A stretch of 64,000 bases of DNA, from the NCBI GenBank assembly GCA_010015805.1, contig ML978140.1, positions 1 to 64,000 on the forward strand, read 5' to 3'. The position numbers and the translations under genes were made by a program. This DNA comes from Rhizodiscina lignyota (taxonomy: Eukaryota). The notes beneath the pieces were generated by a model, which had not been told where the DNA came from, did no database searches, and saw nothing but the letters and a program-made list of their open reading frames with translations. Below are positions 11,248 to 24,392 of this stretch, in pieces; position 1 is the stretch's first letter; every line of letters begins with the position of its first letter.

Positions 11248-12725
11248 GTTGGGAGCTTTGCTTCGCTGCGGTTTGTAAGCGAAGCAAGAATTTCGTTGCT
11301 TCGCAGTCGTGAAATTGGACAAAACCAACTATTGTGAAAATGAGACTAATGAAAGAAGGATGAAGGAATTTGACGCTCGGGAGGTGTTGGCCTGCAGGCG
11401 CCAACTTATAAACACAGCGACCTTTTTGCGGCGAACTGACCTGCAGAGCTCAACTTGTCTGCAAAATGAACGATGCAGATTCCACCTTGCGAATTGATGT
11501 CGAGCCGGAGACGCCGAGACGGAACAAGATGTGAGAATATTGCCGTTGGTTAAAGGTGTAGACTGCTGTAAAGACGTAACGGGATCGCATAAAACGAAGG
11601 CCATGCGACGAAGCAAGACTGCATAGACCGGAGCTTATGCAACGAAGCAAGATGGGCCAGATTTGGATCGATCCGCTTCGCTTTGCGTCAAATTGGACAG
11701 GACTGAGAGACGTAGAGAGGAAGATTGAAGGAGAGAAAAGAACAATTCTGTCGCTTATATACTGCCGATCCAGTCCATTAACACATGCGCAAGGTGCTAG
11801 TCCGGGTTGTTGTCGTGTACTATATCAGGTCTGTAGGAGCCTTGGACCTCTTCACCACAAATTTGAGATGTACAGGACGTGATGGTCGCACCAATATGTC
11901 AATGGAATGTTGACAGCGACGTTAAAAGTATTTGGGTTGAGCAGGCGGAGGACAATGTAGCGCGTGAAGCAATTATGACATCTTTTCGGATTGATTGAAG
12001 CAATATACCGCCCCCCCGCACATGCTGAGCTGAGCTTGTCCTGTCAATTTCATCTCTCGCCTGCGACACCGACCATACCACCTTAAAACTTCCAATGTAT
12101 GATTCCATTTCCATTAGTGTTCCGCTGCAACAGTTGTATTGCATGCGATTGTGAGCGGATGTTCAATGTTCTCGATTCCAAAGTAAACATATGTCTGCGC
12201 ATCGCGAGAATGGGGGAATTTTTGGAAGGTTCGGCGGCTGGAGGTTGCGCATCGGCTGGGGTTCGAAGGATAATATAAGGCATGCTTGGAGGTATTTGAT
12301 GCCCTTGTAATCGTCGTGATATCGCAAAGCACTAGTATCAGGTCAGCATACAAAACCAGTACGTGCACTTGGCCATTGGCAGAGTCAATACCATTCATTT
12401 CAATGGGTCCAGATACCTGTTTCCATCCCGCCACGTGTGTCGTCGCATTGCTTCTTATCTCTGACGGGTCCAATGAAAACTCCGTGCGCAATTGGTAGAG
12501 TCCCAGTTCAGAAGGATGGTCTACAAAGTATCCCAAGGATTGGCAGAATACGGAATCCCTGGATGACGGTGACTATCCGACGAACGGTCTCAACGTCGCT
12601 GGATTGCGTGGAATGTGTGCGGACGAATCGTGAATTGACCGAGAGGCAGTCGTGATGTGGTCGATGATGCTCTAAGGCCAGCTGGAGTCGTAGAGATGAG
12701 ACGCTTTTGTCACATGTTGCTGGTA

Positions 12726-13553
12726 TCATACCTGCACTGTATGCTCATACCGTGATGCCACTAACGCGAGCTCGTGGTGGTCCGCTGAATGGCTTCGTAA
12801 GGGTGCAAGAGGGCGGAGTCCAAATGGAGTGGCCGGTTTCGGTTTCCTTGCTAAAGAACAGGTCACTGGTACTGCAAGACACCGAGTACAAGCCGACCCC
12901 GCGTTGGATATCTGCTCGGGCCCTCTTTTAGAGTACCGCCAGCATTCATGATCCGCTTCTTGGCAAGCGACGCATCTCTCGTACCCTTCCAACTTCTCTC
13001 CTAGCTTCGCCTCCATAATCCGCGCAACATGATACCGGTTACGACGTTGATTATCATCGCGCAAGTCCTCCATCTCCTGTCGAGTCCATGACAACCACTT
13101 TCCGGTCACACGAGGAAGATCTTTTCCCTTGGCTTTCAGGTAGTTGCTCCAGGGCCACGGTAAACGAGTCTGGTCTGCGAGCGGAGAGGAGCCAAATTGT
13201 TCGCGCGGCGAACGGTCCTGCTCATGCTGCGGTGAAGTATCGAGCTCCTCAGATATGGGTTCAATATCCATCTCTAGGGATTCAAGGATTTTGTCGTCCA
13301 CTCCGATCAGGGGGCTATCATCGAGTGGGTTTGGCTCGCTTGCAGCGGTTCGTGCAGTTTCTGGAGATTGAGGGTTTCGTGGTGTAGCTTCTGCTGCTTG
13401 AGTCACTCCACGTATTGGATTGCGAAGCCGTTCCAAGCCATGTTTGTACGCGTTGAGCAGGTCGTCGACGTTGTACCCAGCTATGTAGGCAAGCAGTAGA
13501 ACTTCGTGGTCTCCCAAGATTTTGATCGTAAGCTCATTCGCCGTGTTAGCCAT
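12726..13553 (-). CDS. Hypothetical protein with C-terminal atypical Cys6 (Zn2Cys6-like) cluster; may continue 3' through a GTATGA donor
   Basis: 275-aa ORF containing CVAC-x6-C-x17-CTRC-x6-C. Confidence 0.65.
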   Translation of the reverse strand: MANTANELTIKILGDHEVLLLAYIAGYNVDDLLNAYKHGLERLRNPIRGVTQAAEATPRNPQSPETARTAASEPNPLDDSPLIGVDDKILESLEMDIEPISEELDTSPQHEQDRSPREQFGSSPLADQTRLPWPWSNYLKAKGKDLPRVTGKWLSWTRQEMEDLRDDNQRRNRYHVARIMEAKLGEKLEGYERCVACQEADHECWRYSKRGPEQISNAGSACTRCLAVPVTCSLARKPKPATPFGLRPLAPLRSHSADHHELALVASRYEHTVQV

Positions 13554-14183
13554 CTCTGCAGATGTAGAGCATTACAAGAAGGAGACGAAGAAGAGGGAGG
13601 CCACCCCATGCCCACCTCCCTACCTAGAATCGAGAACAAAGAAAGCGAAACGCAGTGAAGGTGTCATGCGGCAAGTTCCATCTTCGGGAGAAGCCGACGA
13701 GGCTGTGAAGACTCCCATCTCTCAACCACTTCCCATCACATCTTTGGACGAATCACATGCTTTTTTAACCCCCCTTTTTTGGCAATAATAAGTGGACTCA
13801 CAGTGTTCTGGTGAAATTCGCCGATACGACGCCCTGGTTGGCGGGCGAAAGGAGGGCGAATACTGTCGCTACACTCACAATCTAATGCCGTTGCTTCTCT
13901 GCAGCAACACAGGTGGCGAACAAGCGAGCTTCCAGACCCTGCAATACCATGCAATCGGTCTAGAAGCAGAGGCAATCGTTGCACAGAGTTAGCCACCCAC
14001 GAGGGGGACAGTAGCAGGAGGAAACTCCCGGATGCATCCACCTGCAGTGTGCATGCATGGGCTGACACCGTTTCAACGTGCTGAAGAACCTAGGCACGCG
14101 TTCTTTGTTCTAAATGATACATTATCTCTTCGCCCCGCTATATATATTTCCGTCCTTCGCATATATGTCTGGGAGACAGTAAT

Positions 14184-16721
14184 ATGCAGAGCAGTGGTTT
14201 TCGTGCAATAGCGCCTCTACCGCCCTCGGCTTCCCGAGATGACGGTAGAGAGCCTCCAAAGGCGTCCGGGGCCCGTTCCAGGAAAAATGTGACAATGGTC
14301 GCTTGTAACAATTGTCGGAAGAAGAAGCTGAAGGTAACGCTTCCGTCGTGCTTCTCCTCATATTGCCAATTGGCTTTCCTCTCTTGGTCACAAAATGTGC
14401 TTTTTTTTGGCCTTCGGACACTTTTGCCGGACATGGCGTCCGAAACCAATCAGAGGACCGAGTCAATCCAACTATCCGCTTTCAACATTCTGTCGTGAAC
14501 AAGTCACAAGCGGCTTTCGTTCAACCAATTTGAGACTTCGGGATAATTCTGATACTGTATACAGTGCTCTGGAGCCCGTCCAATATGCCAAAACTGCGCC
14601 AAGACCCATGGACAATGCGTATATCAAGCAGAGTCAAACGAGACACGCAATGAATCGTTAAAACGGAAAGCGTCAGAATTGGAAAATCAAGTTCAGCAAT
14701 TGGATCGTGTCTTGTCAAGCCTGCGATCCGGATCTGAGCAGGACATCAGAGCTGTGCTTGATCGACTCCAGAATGCCGAGAGTATGGAGCTTGCTGTTTC
14801 TGAGATATCGAACGCATCTCTCCTGCTCTCAAGCATCTCAGGAAACGAGCAACGTACAGAACCACAGTCCACGATGACAGCAACGTCAACCACTGCACCG
14901 CAGACTTCCTCAGGCGAGGGACATGAGGAACAGCGCTTGACAGACATACGACGATCGGAGGACAGTGTCACGCAGTACCAGGTCGATGAACTCTTAGGTC
15001 ATCAATCAGTCAAACCTGGAAGAGCTTACTTCGACCATATCATATATCCTTTCGTCTCAAGACTCAATCCTGACGTCTGGGATCCCCTCAACTTGTTGCC
15101 GTCCGCAGGGCTACGCAGCAAAGCCATTACCATCCTCAAGATTCCACCCCTTTCCGTAACTGCAGCGCCATGGGCCGATGTTGATGACGGTTTTGCGTCG
15201 CATCTTCTGCAATACTACTTCACCTTCGAGCAACCTTTCTACAGTTTTGTCATGAAGGAGCCGTTCTTGGCGGCGATGAATGCTGGGGAACCTTCCGACG
15301 CAAGGTCTCCGTTCCGTTTCTGCTCCAAAGCATTAGTGAATGGCATTCTAGCTGTAGCATGTGTAAGATAGCTCGCAGAGCTGTTCATCTTCAGGCACTA
15401 ATGCGAAGCAGAAATCCTCTTTCTGTAAAGAGGCATTTGACGTTCCAAACGACCTCTCTTCTAGAGGCGTGCGCTTCATCGATGCCACGAAACAAGCAAT
15501 CGAAGTCGAGAAGCAGTCACCTTCAATAGCCACTCTCCAAGCTGTAATGAAAGTGATGTGGTACGAAGGTGGACGTGGTCAGATGTGGAACCAGCCATAC
15601 TACGGAGGGCTCCTGCTCGAACTTTACGGGCGGATGGGCCTTGCAAATCTATCTTGGACTGAAAACTCCATGGCAAAAGCTACAGAGACGTCGAAAATTT
15701 ACGATGCTGTGGCGGATACGCTGTGGGGTCTCTACTGGCAAGACAGGTAAGGTCCGCTTATCCATCTTGCATGGTCCAGCACTGACGAGATCAAGCATCC
15801 AAAGCTTGACCATGGCAATCGATCCGCGAATACAACGACCAAAAATCCCATTACCGGAAGTGGGAGAGGCGGAAGACTGGTGGTATCCATATCCACTGGT
15901 TGATGCTCCTCAGCTGTCCAGATTTCGAGAAACGCTCCGGGCACGAGTAATGCTCGCCGACCTCATTCGCGAAGTGGTCAAATTCACACGGTCCTCGACA
16001 GATCTTGATGGGGCACTCAGGATATATGAGCGAATTCGGAGGTGGAAGCGAGACTTGCCTGAATGTCTTGTACTAGCCAACACAAAGCTACCGCACGTTC
16101 TTTTGATGCAGTAAGTCTTTCAACAGAGACTTCCGCTGACAGTAAAGCATGTCGATATTAACATGTCACAGCACCGTCTATGATTGTATGATTATAACGC
16201 TTTTCCGGGCTTTGGCTAGCACCACCACAGTAAATCGCATCCCTACTGAGAACCCACAACTAATCACAGTGGATCATGCTATTCATACTATGAGCATCAT
16301 TAGTATATACCGTTCATTGTACACGGTTCTCCGCTCACCTGCGCCAATAATTGGTCTAATGACGAGCACCTTTGCTCTGCTCTTCCATCTTGACCACAGC
16401 ACCTCGGCAACCGACGCGTTTATCCAAGCTGTGCAAGGCCTGAGCGAAATGTCACTGAATTGGCCTCCCACACTATCTATGCTGCGCGGTGTGAAAGCAA
16501 TTGCGTTGAAATCGGGAATAGACATACCGCCGGCGGCCATGCGGTATATGGATGTCGAAGGAGAAATGTCAAAGCAATCGGATATTCCAATACCTGCAGC
16601 ATTGCCGAAGGGGGCGACAGGGAAGCCCAAAGGCCTTCCAGAGAGGGTGGATAAGGCGGGTAGGGTGTATTTGGATGGCGTTGACGAGTTCTTGAGGAAA
16701 TTAACCTTGGAAGTGGATTGA
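14184..16721 (+). CDS. Zn2Cys6 transcription factor with fungal-specific TF domain (NirA-like)
   Basis: ACNNCRKKKLK|CSGARPICQNCAKTHGQCVY across an intron; coiled coil; HLLQYYFTFEQPFYSFV...CSKALVNGILAVAC; WYPYP motif; five exons. Confidence 0.9.
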
Positions 16722-17078
16722 TAGATGCTGCAGCTGACAGGCGCTCCCCAGGAACAACACATACGCGCCACGGACGCTCGCATCGCAGCGCATCGCTTAT
16801 TATTTCGGCAGCTTGAATTCTCCTTCTGCGTTAAAGGGTGTATCAGCGTTGCCTTGCTTTTTCGGCGCGATCCTGCTTGATATATATCTCAGTGAATCTC
16901 TTACGATCGGGACCATGTCATCATAGTGCATGTAAAAGAACTTCAGGCAAGCCTTCTTTGGACACCACCGAATCCGTGACTTTGCCAATGCTTTCCTCCG
17001 CACAAAGCACTGAAATGATCGCAGCAAATGCTAGAAACCCATGACGTAATCTGCAAGTATATCGCAAGTTGGCCAAGC

Positions 17079-19061
17079 TCAAAGCAAGTTTTGGTTAAAG
17101 TCAAAGGCCCAGGACCAGTCGTCCAGCAACTCGGATGGGAACTGGAACAATGGAGATGCTGCTTCCTGTTCTGTAGCTGCATCAACTGCAGAATCTCGTT
17201 GGTTTGAACGAGCAACCGCATCGGACCGTGCATCGGAAAGGTACATTTGTTGACGTTCCTTAGATATGTAATCGTCGATTCGCAGAACCAGTTCTTGAAT
17301 TCGAGAACTGGCATTGGCAGTCCAATACAAACCGACTTCGAGATCTGCAAGGAGATCAACCATGGCAAGACTATTTGAAGTAAGCTCTATTCGAGAATCA
17401 AGTGCCTCCCTTCATCTTACAGCACTGAGCGGATTCTTTGGTATGCTGATTCAGGCAATCCCTTTTCAAAAACAGAGCCCAAGATTTGCCCGATCCCGGC
17501 CAGATGATGAAGCTGGTTGAAGAGTTAGACGTTACATGCAAAAGGAAAAACTCTCGAGGGAACTTGCCAATGGTGAACTTATTGCACGCAAGTAGATCGA
17601 TGGAATATCTGCAAATGCACTGAGCAGTTCATTTGCAACAGTGCATCGTTGCTCTACTGTTGCGTCTTCCGAAGCGAAGAGCATTATCCGCACGAGTTGT
17701 ATTGTGGCTGCAATATTCGCTGTCTGGAAGTTTAGACGGTGCTCCGAAACTTGTGTAGCAGCAGGTGTCTCCTTGAAGCGGCGCGATAGAGACTTGTACA
17801 TGTTTAGGATAACGTCCAAGACCGTGGCATTTGAGACGGTCGAGCCTCCGAACAGGGCATCTATGGGTGTGCTCAGTCGATTCTCCGAACGAGTTTGACG
17901 AAAATGATCAAGGACATGCTCCAAGATGCGGTAGAGGTCAGTCGTAAAGTTCCACCCATAGAGCCAATTTTGAGAATACGAATGCTCAGTGTTCGAGATT
18001 GCGGATGGATGAGAGTCACTGGACAATGAACAGTTGATGTCCTCGTCAATGGCGCTTGGATACAGCACATTTGACTGAGCTTCCCGCGATCGCACTGTTC
18101 TCCCCCATACAATGGATGCGTACACGTCCAATGTGTAGATAGACCAGAAGAGACGCCGCCGTTCTTCCTTCTCAACAAGATCGAGCTCTGTCGGCCAATT
18201 TGACTCGTCGTGCAGGCCGTCGGTCTCCACCATGGTATGATACAGGCCAAGATAGTACAACATTGCACGGCTTTGACCATATTGAATGGCTGTTATCGAA
18301 AGCAGCGCACAAGCTCGCATGTAGTCGAAATCACTCATCGCCATCGGCCCCAAAGGGATAGCCGATTCCGAAGCGGAGAAGAAAACTTCGGATTGCGGTT
18401 CCTTCAAAGTTTCCAAGTCCCATTTACTAGAAAACACTGCACCATCTCTCGCTCGTGCAGAGGCGAGGGCGCAGACAGCCATGACACTGGCGAACAGCGA
18501 TCGCTTGTGCAAATACAGGCGTTCAGTCAGGTCGCGTAAAAGGGTTGGTTCATGAAAGAATGGAAATCTGCTTCTTAATTAGTTTACAAAGAACTGCTCT
18601 GTCCTGACGTGATGAATGCATATATGCAGCCAAACAAATTAGATACGCTCCAGTGGAGCGAAGATATCGCAAGAGGCATTGCAGGAAAGGCCATGTCGCA
18701 CTCACATTGGATACACGACTTTGAAGTAAATTTCGACCAGGCTAACAACCATATTGTGGGGAGCAATTGGAACTGCCGTCCATGTTATTGGTGGCTTTGG
18801 TTCAGTCCTGGAGTTGGCAGGTTTGGCGCCTCGGCGCTTGAGAGGTCTGTTACTTGTGCAAGCTTCGCCATGGTCGACGCAGTTCTGGCATCTGGCTGGA
18901 TCTCCATGGCTTGGCCTACAGCGCTTCGCACGACCACTGCAAAAGTCGCAAGCTCTGAGGGTACGGCGTGCTTTGATTTGACCAGTATTCTGTCTTTCAA
19001 CGACATTCGTTAGTCTCACGCTTCCGTCGCTGTTGCCATGCTGAGTGATGTTCTTGCTCAT
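17079..19061 (-). CDS. Zn2Cys6 transcription factor with fungal_trans domain (start may lie further upstream)
   Basis: RACDFCSGRAKRCRPSHGDPARCQNCVDHGEAC; EKEERRRLFWSIYTLD; multi-exon, including a GC-AG intron at 17513-17567. Confidence 0.9.
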
Positions 19062-19531
19062 GAGAAGAATAATTGAACTCTTTTCCCTCTTTCGCAGATC
19101 CGCTGACGTCGAATAGGTCCAAAGGACAGTACAATAGCATCTGAAAGCATGGGTTAGTTGTGAAAAGTAAAAGATCGAGTGTGAGGACGTGCAGATGACG
19201 AACTTGTACTTCTGCTGAGTCATGGTTTCCCGAGGGTCCAGTCGCTCACTCGCTGAGCTCAACCTTTGCGATTGCATCTCCGGCCATGGCCGCTTGAGGA
19301 ATTGACATTCGGAAGGGAATGCTCTACCACTTTGCTATTCTTCGTCGACATCCCTATGGAGGAATTCCATCTTGGCTTTGCTTCATGCCTGACCGGTCTC
19401 ACAACTGATCAATTAAACTCGTAACTTCTTGATTCACAAGAGAACTGCCGAAGCGAATTTTAGCAAAGGAGATGACGACCAAGTGTTCTGGCCACGGAGC
19501 CTTCCTACTACACATCTCTACATATCTAGAT

Positions 19532-21234
19532 TCACACTTTTTCAATGCCATCTGCCCTTATCACGCTCGTCTTCCTTTTCACTTCTTCAATGCCTCCTCT
19601 GACTGCCAGGACATCACCACCTGCCTCATACGCCTTCTCCATGTCCTTGAAGAATGGCCTACTGCAAGCGAACATGGCATCAATGCTCTCCAAGCTTCGA
19701 TCCTTGGTCTCCGGGTAAAAGAAGTATACGATCGGCATCCAGAGTAGATTCAACCCAGCGAACAGAAAATACGTCCTGCTCTCGATATTTGAAAACATGA
19801 TCGGATTGATCAGCGTCGTCCAGCCAACTCCAATGGCCCAGCCAGTAATACCAAAGCCATTACCTTGCGCTCGCATTTCAGGCGGGAAGATTTCCGTTGG
19901 AACCAAGAATGCGACTGTACCCCACGTTGCGGCATAGATGAGGTTGAAGAGGAAGAGCATCGTTACTGCGGCGGGTGCAATTGAGGCTGCTTTAGATGGA
20001 TCATGGCGAGATCCTTCGTACAATGCTGCCGCGATGAGGTTGACAATGAACAGTCCGCACGCTCCACCAATGAGACATGTCCGTCGACCAAGTCGATCCA
20101 CAATCTGCGCGCTAATAATTGTTCCGACAATCCCAATGGTGTTGAGGCCGCCAGCGAGACCGTTCTGCTTAATGGCGCTATATCCTGCCTGCGAGAGAAG
20201 CACTGGCGAGTACGCTGTCACAGCCGTAATCCCAGTCCAGCTCGCCATGATCTGCAACCACAAGCAAAGCCATGCTCTTCGCCCAAGATGCGGTGCCAGC
20301 GATTTATCCATTCCTAGCAGCACTTTGACAAACTCGACGGGGGATGCGGGCTTTGCTTCCTCTGAAACGGCGCAAATCTCGCAGAACTCGCGTTCGGTAT
20401 CACCTCCTGTGGAGCCACGAATGCGCTCAAGTACTTCTCTGGCTTCTTTGTAGCGGCCTACAGACGCAAGATATCGTGGCGAGTCTGGCAGCATCTTGAT
20501 TCCGCCGAGGAGAAGGAGTGCTGGAAAGCACTGGAATGCGAGAAGGAAGCGCCATCGTACGGCCGATAAACCGTTGTCAACGAAGGAAAGACCGAAAGAG
20601 AGCCAATATGCAATTGAGATGCCGAGATCTACTCTTTGTGTCAGTGTTCTTGTTGTGTGATCACCATCTACTGCAGCTGCCTCAACATACAGTTCGCGAT
20701 GAATACATAGCCTAGGAAGCCGCCGCGATGATCCGCCCGCGATGTCTCCGACACCAGCACAGGCGTGATGCCAGTGAGGGCGCCTGTTCCGATACCCGTG
20801 ACGACGCGTGCCACGAGGAGAAAGCTTGCGCTTTGCGACGCTGCCTGCAATGCTCCTCCGACCAGCGCGAAACATGCTGCGAAGAACAGGCCGTTGATGC
20901 GGCCGATACGGTCAGCAGCCCAGCCTCCGAGAAAGCAGCCAAAAATGGCACCGAGATAGTACTACAAACGGTTAGTATTGGCTTCAAATTCGGTTGTTGC
21001 TACGAGGCACATGCATACCACGCTCACAATGCCCCCTTGCTTTGTTGTATTTGTGACCTTGCCACTGGGATACTGCCCAATTTTGACCTCTCGTACGTAA
21101 TTTGGAGCGGCATTGACGCCACCCATAACTCCTTGATCATATCCTTCGAAGAAGATTGAAATGAGCGAGAATATTTGGATTGCAATGTTGAGTTGCCTAG
21201 GCGAAAGGCGCTTCCATGAAGTTGATAACCCCAT
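19532..21234 (-). CDS. MFS sugar porter family transporter (candidate levoglucosan/anhydrosugar transporter)
   Basis: FEGYDQGVMGG; ADRIGR; VSETS...RG; PDSPRYL; VDRLGRR; PTEIFP; YPETK; two introns. Confidence 0.93.
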
Positions 21235-21331
21235 CTTGGTCACAATGGGAGCGAAACGGACAATGCTTCCTGGCCAGATTTGAGAATTACTGCAAATGTA
21301 TGAAATCGAGACATTATGCAATGCTCGAAAA

Positions 21332-21592
21332 ACTGGGGTTTTAAATATTTTCAGTTAATTTACCATGATCTGAGTTCGGAGAACGTGGAGAAACCCCAGT
21401 TGTACACCAGGCACTCGGCACGCGTCTTCAATTAGGCGATTAACCGCCCGACCAATGAAAAGACTGGGTATTTAAATATTTCTGTCACTTAAACTATATC
21501 CTGCTCGGAGCAGGCGGAGAAACCTAGTTGTTCACCATCCACTCGGTCCCATCTTGAATTAGGCGATTAGCCGCCTGGCGAATGAGGGCAAG
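21332..21592. promoter_or_regulatory. Diverged 131-bp tandem duplication in the divergent transporter/kinase promoter, with CGG/CCG motifs
   Basis: Copies start at 21332 and 21463; both retain TTTAAATATTT, TCGGAG-N5-GGAGAAACC, CACTCGG and AATTAGGCGATTA(A/G)CCGCC. Confidence 0.75.
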
Positions 21593-21923
21593 ATCACCTC
21601 AATCCTCCATATGTACCCTCACCAACGATTCTCCACCAGTGCTGATGAAGAAAGTTTGAAATCCTAGGCGATGATCCGAATTGCCGTGAGCCGACTATGC
21701 GAACGACCTGTTTGAATGGCAGCAGGAGAGATACGCACGTCTGCTTTTTCTCCGCAAGCCAACCTTTCGATTTCCGTTGAAGAACTGTAGTATTTAGCTT
21801 TCCATCATTCATTCACTCCTATTCTAACACCGGAAAACAACTGTGACGCTATATTCTATTTCCTCTCAAGTTCCAAAGTAGTGTGAGAACATAATTGATT
21901 TCGCACTGGCAGCGGGAAAGTAG

Positions 21924-23381
21924 ATGGCGTCGAACAATCCTCTGGTAGCAACTAATGCTGCTACAAATGGGCAATTGGGGGCTTCCCTTGACCTTACGGT
22001 TCTTGGACTGAATAGTGGAACTTCAATGGACGGCATTGATTGCGCTTTATGTCGCTTTAGACAAGTGAATCCATCTTCGCCCATGCATTTTGAACTTCTC
22101 AAGGTACGCAAGACAACATTGGATATTCTATCCTGTAAAGGACAATAGCCTATACTAACCTGTGAGCAGTATGGAGAGATACCGCTAGAGCAGAAGATCA
22201 AAAAGCGCGTGATGAAGATGATATATCTTAACACAACGACTCCAGAGGAGCTATCCGAGGTCAATGTTTTGCTTGGAGAGACATTCGCTGCTGCAGTCAA
22301 GGAGTTTTGCAAAGAAAACCAAGTGGACATGGCAAGCATCGACGCCATCGGTTCACATGGTCAGACGATATGGTTGCTTTCCATGGCAGAACCAGGCCAG
22401 ACAAAGTCGGCTTTGACAATGGCCGAGGCACGCGATCCTCTTAGACAGGGCTATTCATCAACTAACAGATTCTAGGGCACATTTATTGCATCACGAACTG
22501 GAATCACGACTGTCACCGATTTTCGAGTTAGCGATCAAGCCGCAGGTCGACAAGGTGCACCGCTCATTGCATTCTTCGATGCTCTGCTCTTGCATCATCC
22601 CACCAAGCTGAGAGCGTGTCAGAACATCGGAGGGATTGCAAACGTTTGCTTCATTCCATCAGACAAAGATGGGGGGATTCAGAAATGCTACGATTTCGAT
22701 ACTGGGCCTGGAAACGTCTTCATCGATGCGGTTGTACGCCATTACACGAATGGCGAACGAGAATACGACAAGGACGGCGAGATGGGTGCTCGAGGAACTG
22801 TGAATCAAGACCTGGTCGACGAATTCCTGCAATTCAAGTATTTTAAGCTGGATCCACCGAAGACTACTGGTCGAGAAGTGTTCCGGGACACGCTGGCAGA
22901 TGAGCTTATTAGAAAGGCAGAGGCTCTCGGAATGACGCCTGATGATGTTGTCGCAACGGTAACTCGCATCACCGCGCAAGCCATCGTAGATCACTATCGT
23001 CGATATGCGCCGTCGCAGGAGATTGATGAGATTTTCATGTGCGGTGGTGGGGCGCTCAATCCGAACATTACCAATTTCATCCAAAAGAACTATCCTCGAA
23101 CGAAGATCATGATGCTGGATGAAGCTGGGGTTCCTGCGGGAGCAAAAGAGGCAATCACATTTGCCTGGCAGGGTATGGAAGCGATTGTCGGACGCTCAAT
23201 TCCCGTGCCAGATCGAGTGGAAACACGGGCGGAATATGTACTGGGAAAAGTATCTCCAGGGAAGAATTACAGAAGCGTGATGAGAAGAGGAATAGAGTTT
23301 GGGGGCCATTTGGATAGGCTTCCTCCAGTGACGGAAATGGTGAATATCGTGGGCGGAAAGGTATTTGATAATGCATGGTAG
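21924..23381 (+). CDS. lgk: Levoglucosan kinase (anhydro-N-acetylmuramic acid kinase AnmK/UPF0075 family)
   Basis: [83 protein letters not shown]. Closely matches Lipomyces starkeyi LGK as recalled. Introns 22104-22169 and 22428-22475. Confidence 0.92.
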
Positions 23382-23529
23382 CTGTTATGGACTCTCTTCT
23401 CGCAGCGTGTAACAGTTCTGCAAGGTGCGTTGACAATGTGAATCAGCAGAGCAATGTAATAAGAGCAGACAATTTTGAAAAGGGGCTCAACAGCCTGCAT
23501 TGGCTATCCAATGACTACGTCAAAACTGT

Positions 23530-24392
23530 TCATGGTAAACCTCTTCCTGAATTGATTGCTCGCGCCAACTGGCTAGTTTCTGGACGGTTTTCTTTCATTT
23601 CGTAAGCAACTCATTTTGCAAGTCATGACCGAACGCAACATCACAGGGAGTCTTGCCTGCATATCGCTCATAGCTATCCAAGTATAGCTCATCTGTACTT
23701 GTCGTCGCTCGAACACTCGGTTCGTTCTCCATGGCTTCGATCCATCTTCCCCACCTTGATCCCGGATCCGGTTGAGGCCATCCACGGTAAGGTGAAAGCA
23801 CTCTTCGCAAGCGCAACATCCATGGCGCGAGCTGCACGTCGACAAACGACAAGTCCGGGCCAAGGAAGAGCGGACCTTGCGGAGAGGCAGCTTCCACAAG
23901 CTTATCAATCTCAGCTTTCAGTTCCAGGGCGTAGTCGACTTGCTTATTAGCATCCTGTTCCTGCAGATAGCGATAAAAGGCCGGGATGATGTGCCTGTTG
24001 ATGTGATCAGACCAAAGTCTACAAAGTGCTCGGCTCTTCGGATCCGGAGGGAGAAGCGGGTTTCCCACGTTGAGATCCTCAAGGTATTCCATCAGCACAG
24101 AGCTTTCGTAGCAGCCCCAGTCTCCATGTCTGAGCGCAGGCACAAGACCTCGCGGGTTAATCTCGAGCAGAGACTTTGGCTTCGAATATGGATCGACTTC
24201 GATGTACTGGTACGCAATCTTCTTCGCTTCGAGGGATATCCAGACGCGTTGGACAAATGGACAGAAGCAGGAGCCGAACAGTTTCAGGACGTCATCTTGC
24301 GAGTGGAGCTTTACCGTTTCCAATGCAGGGCCGGTGGCTTTCTTGTGGTAGGTCCTCTTCTCCTTCACGCCATTCTGGTTAGCATCCGACAT
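23530..24392 (-). CDS. Glutathione S-transferase (omega-like, CPF motif)
   Basis: LFGSCFCPFVQRVWI; INPRGLVPAL; YESSVLMEYLED; SFVDVQLAPW; terminal exon ENRPETSQLARAINSGRGLP after a GC-AG intron at 23592-23656. Confidence 0.9.

Noticed and set aside
11640..12700. Several short overlapping ORFs as a separate gene
   Set aside because: No recognisable motif or consistent exon chain; may be 3' exons or UTR of the 12726-13553 gene.
1..16721. Starship (DUF3435 captain) element
   Set aside because: No DUF3435 captain or typical Starship auxiliary genes recognised; the YR-like motif found is fused to a RecQ helicase instead.
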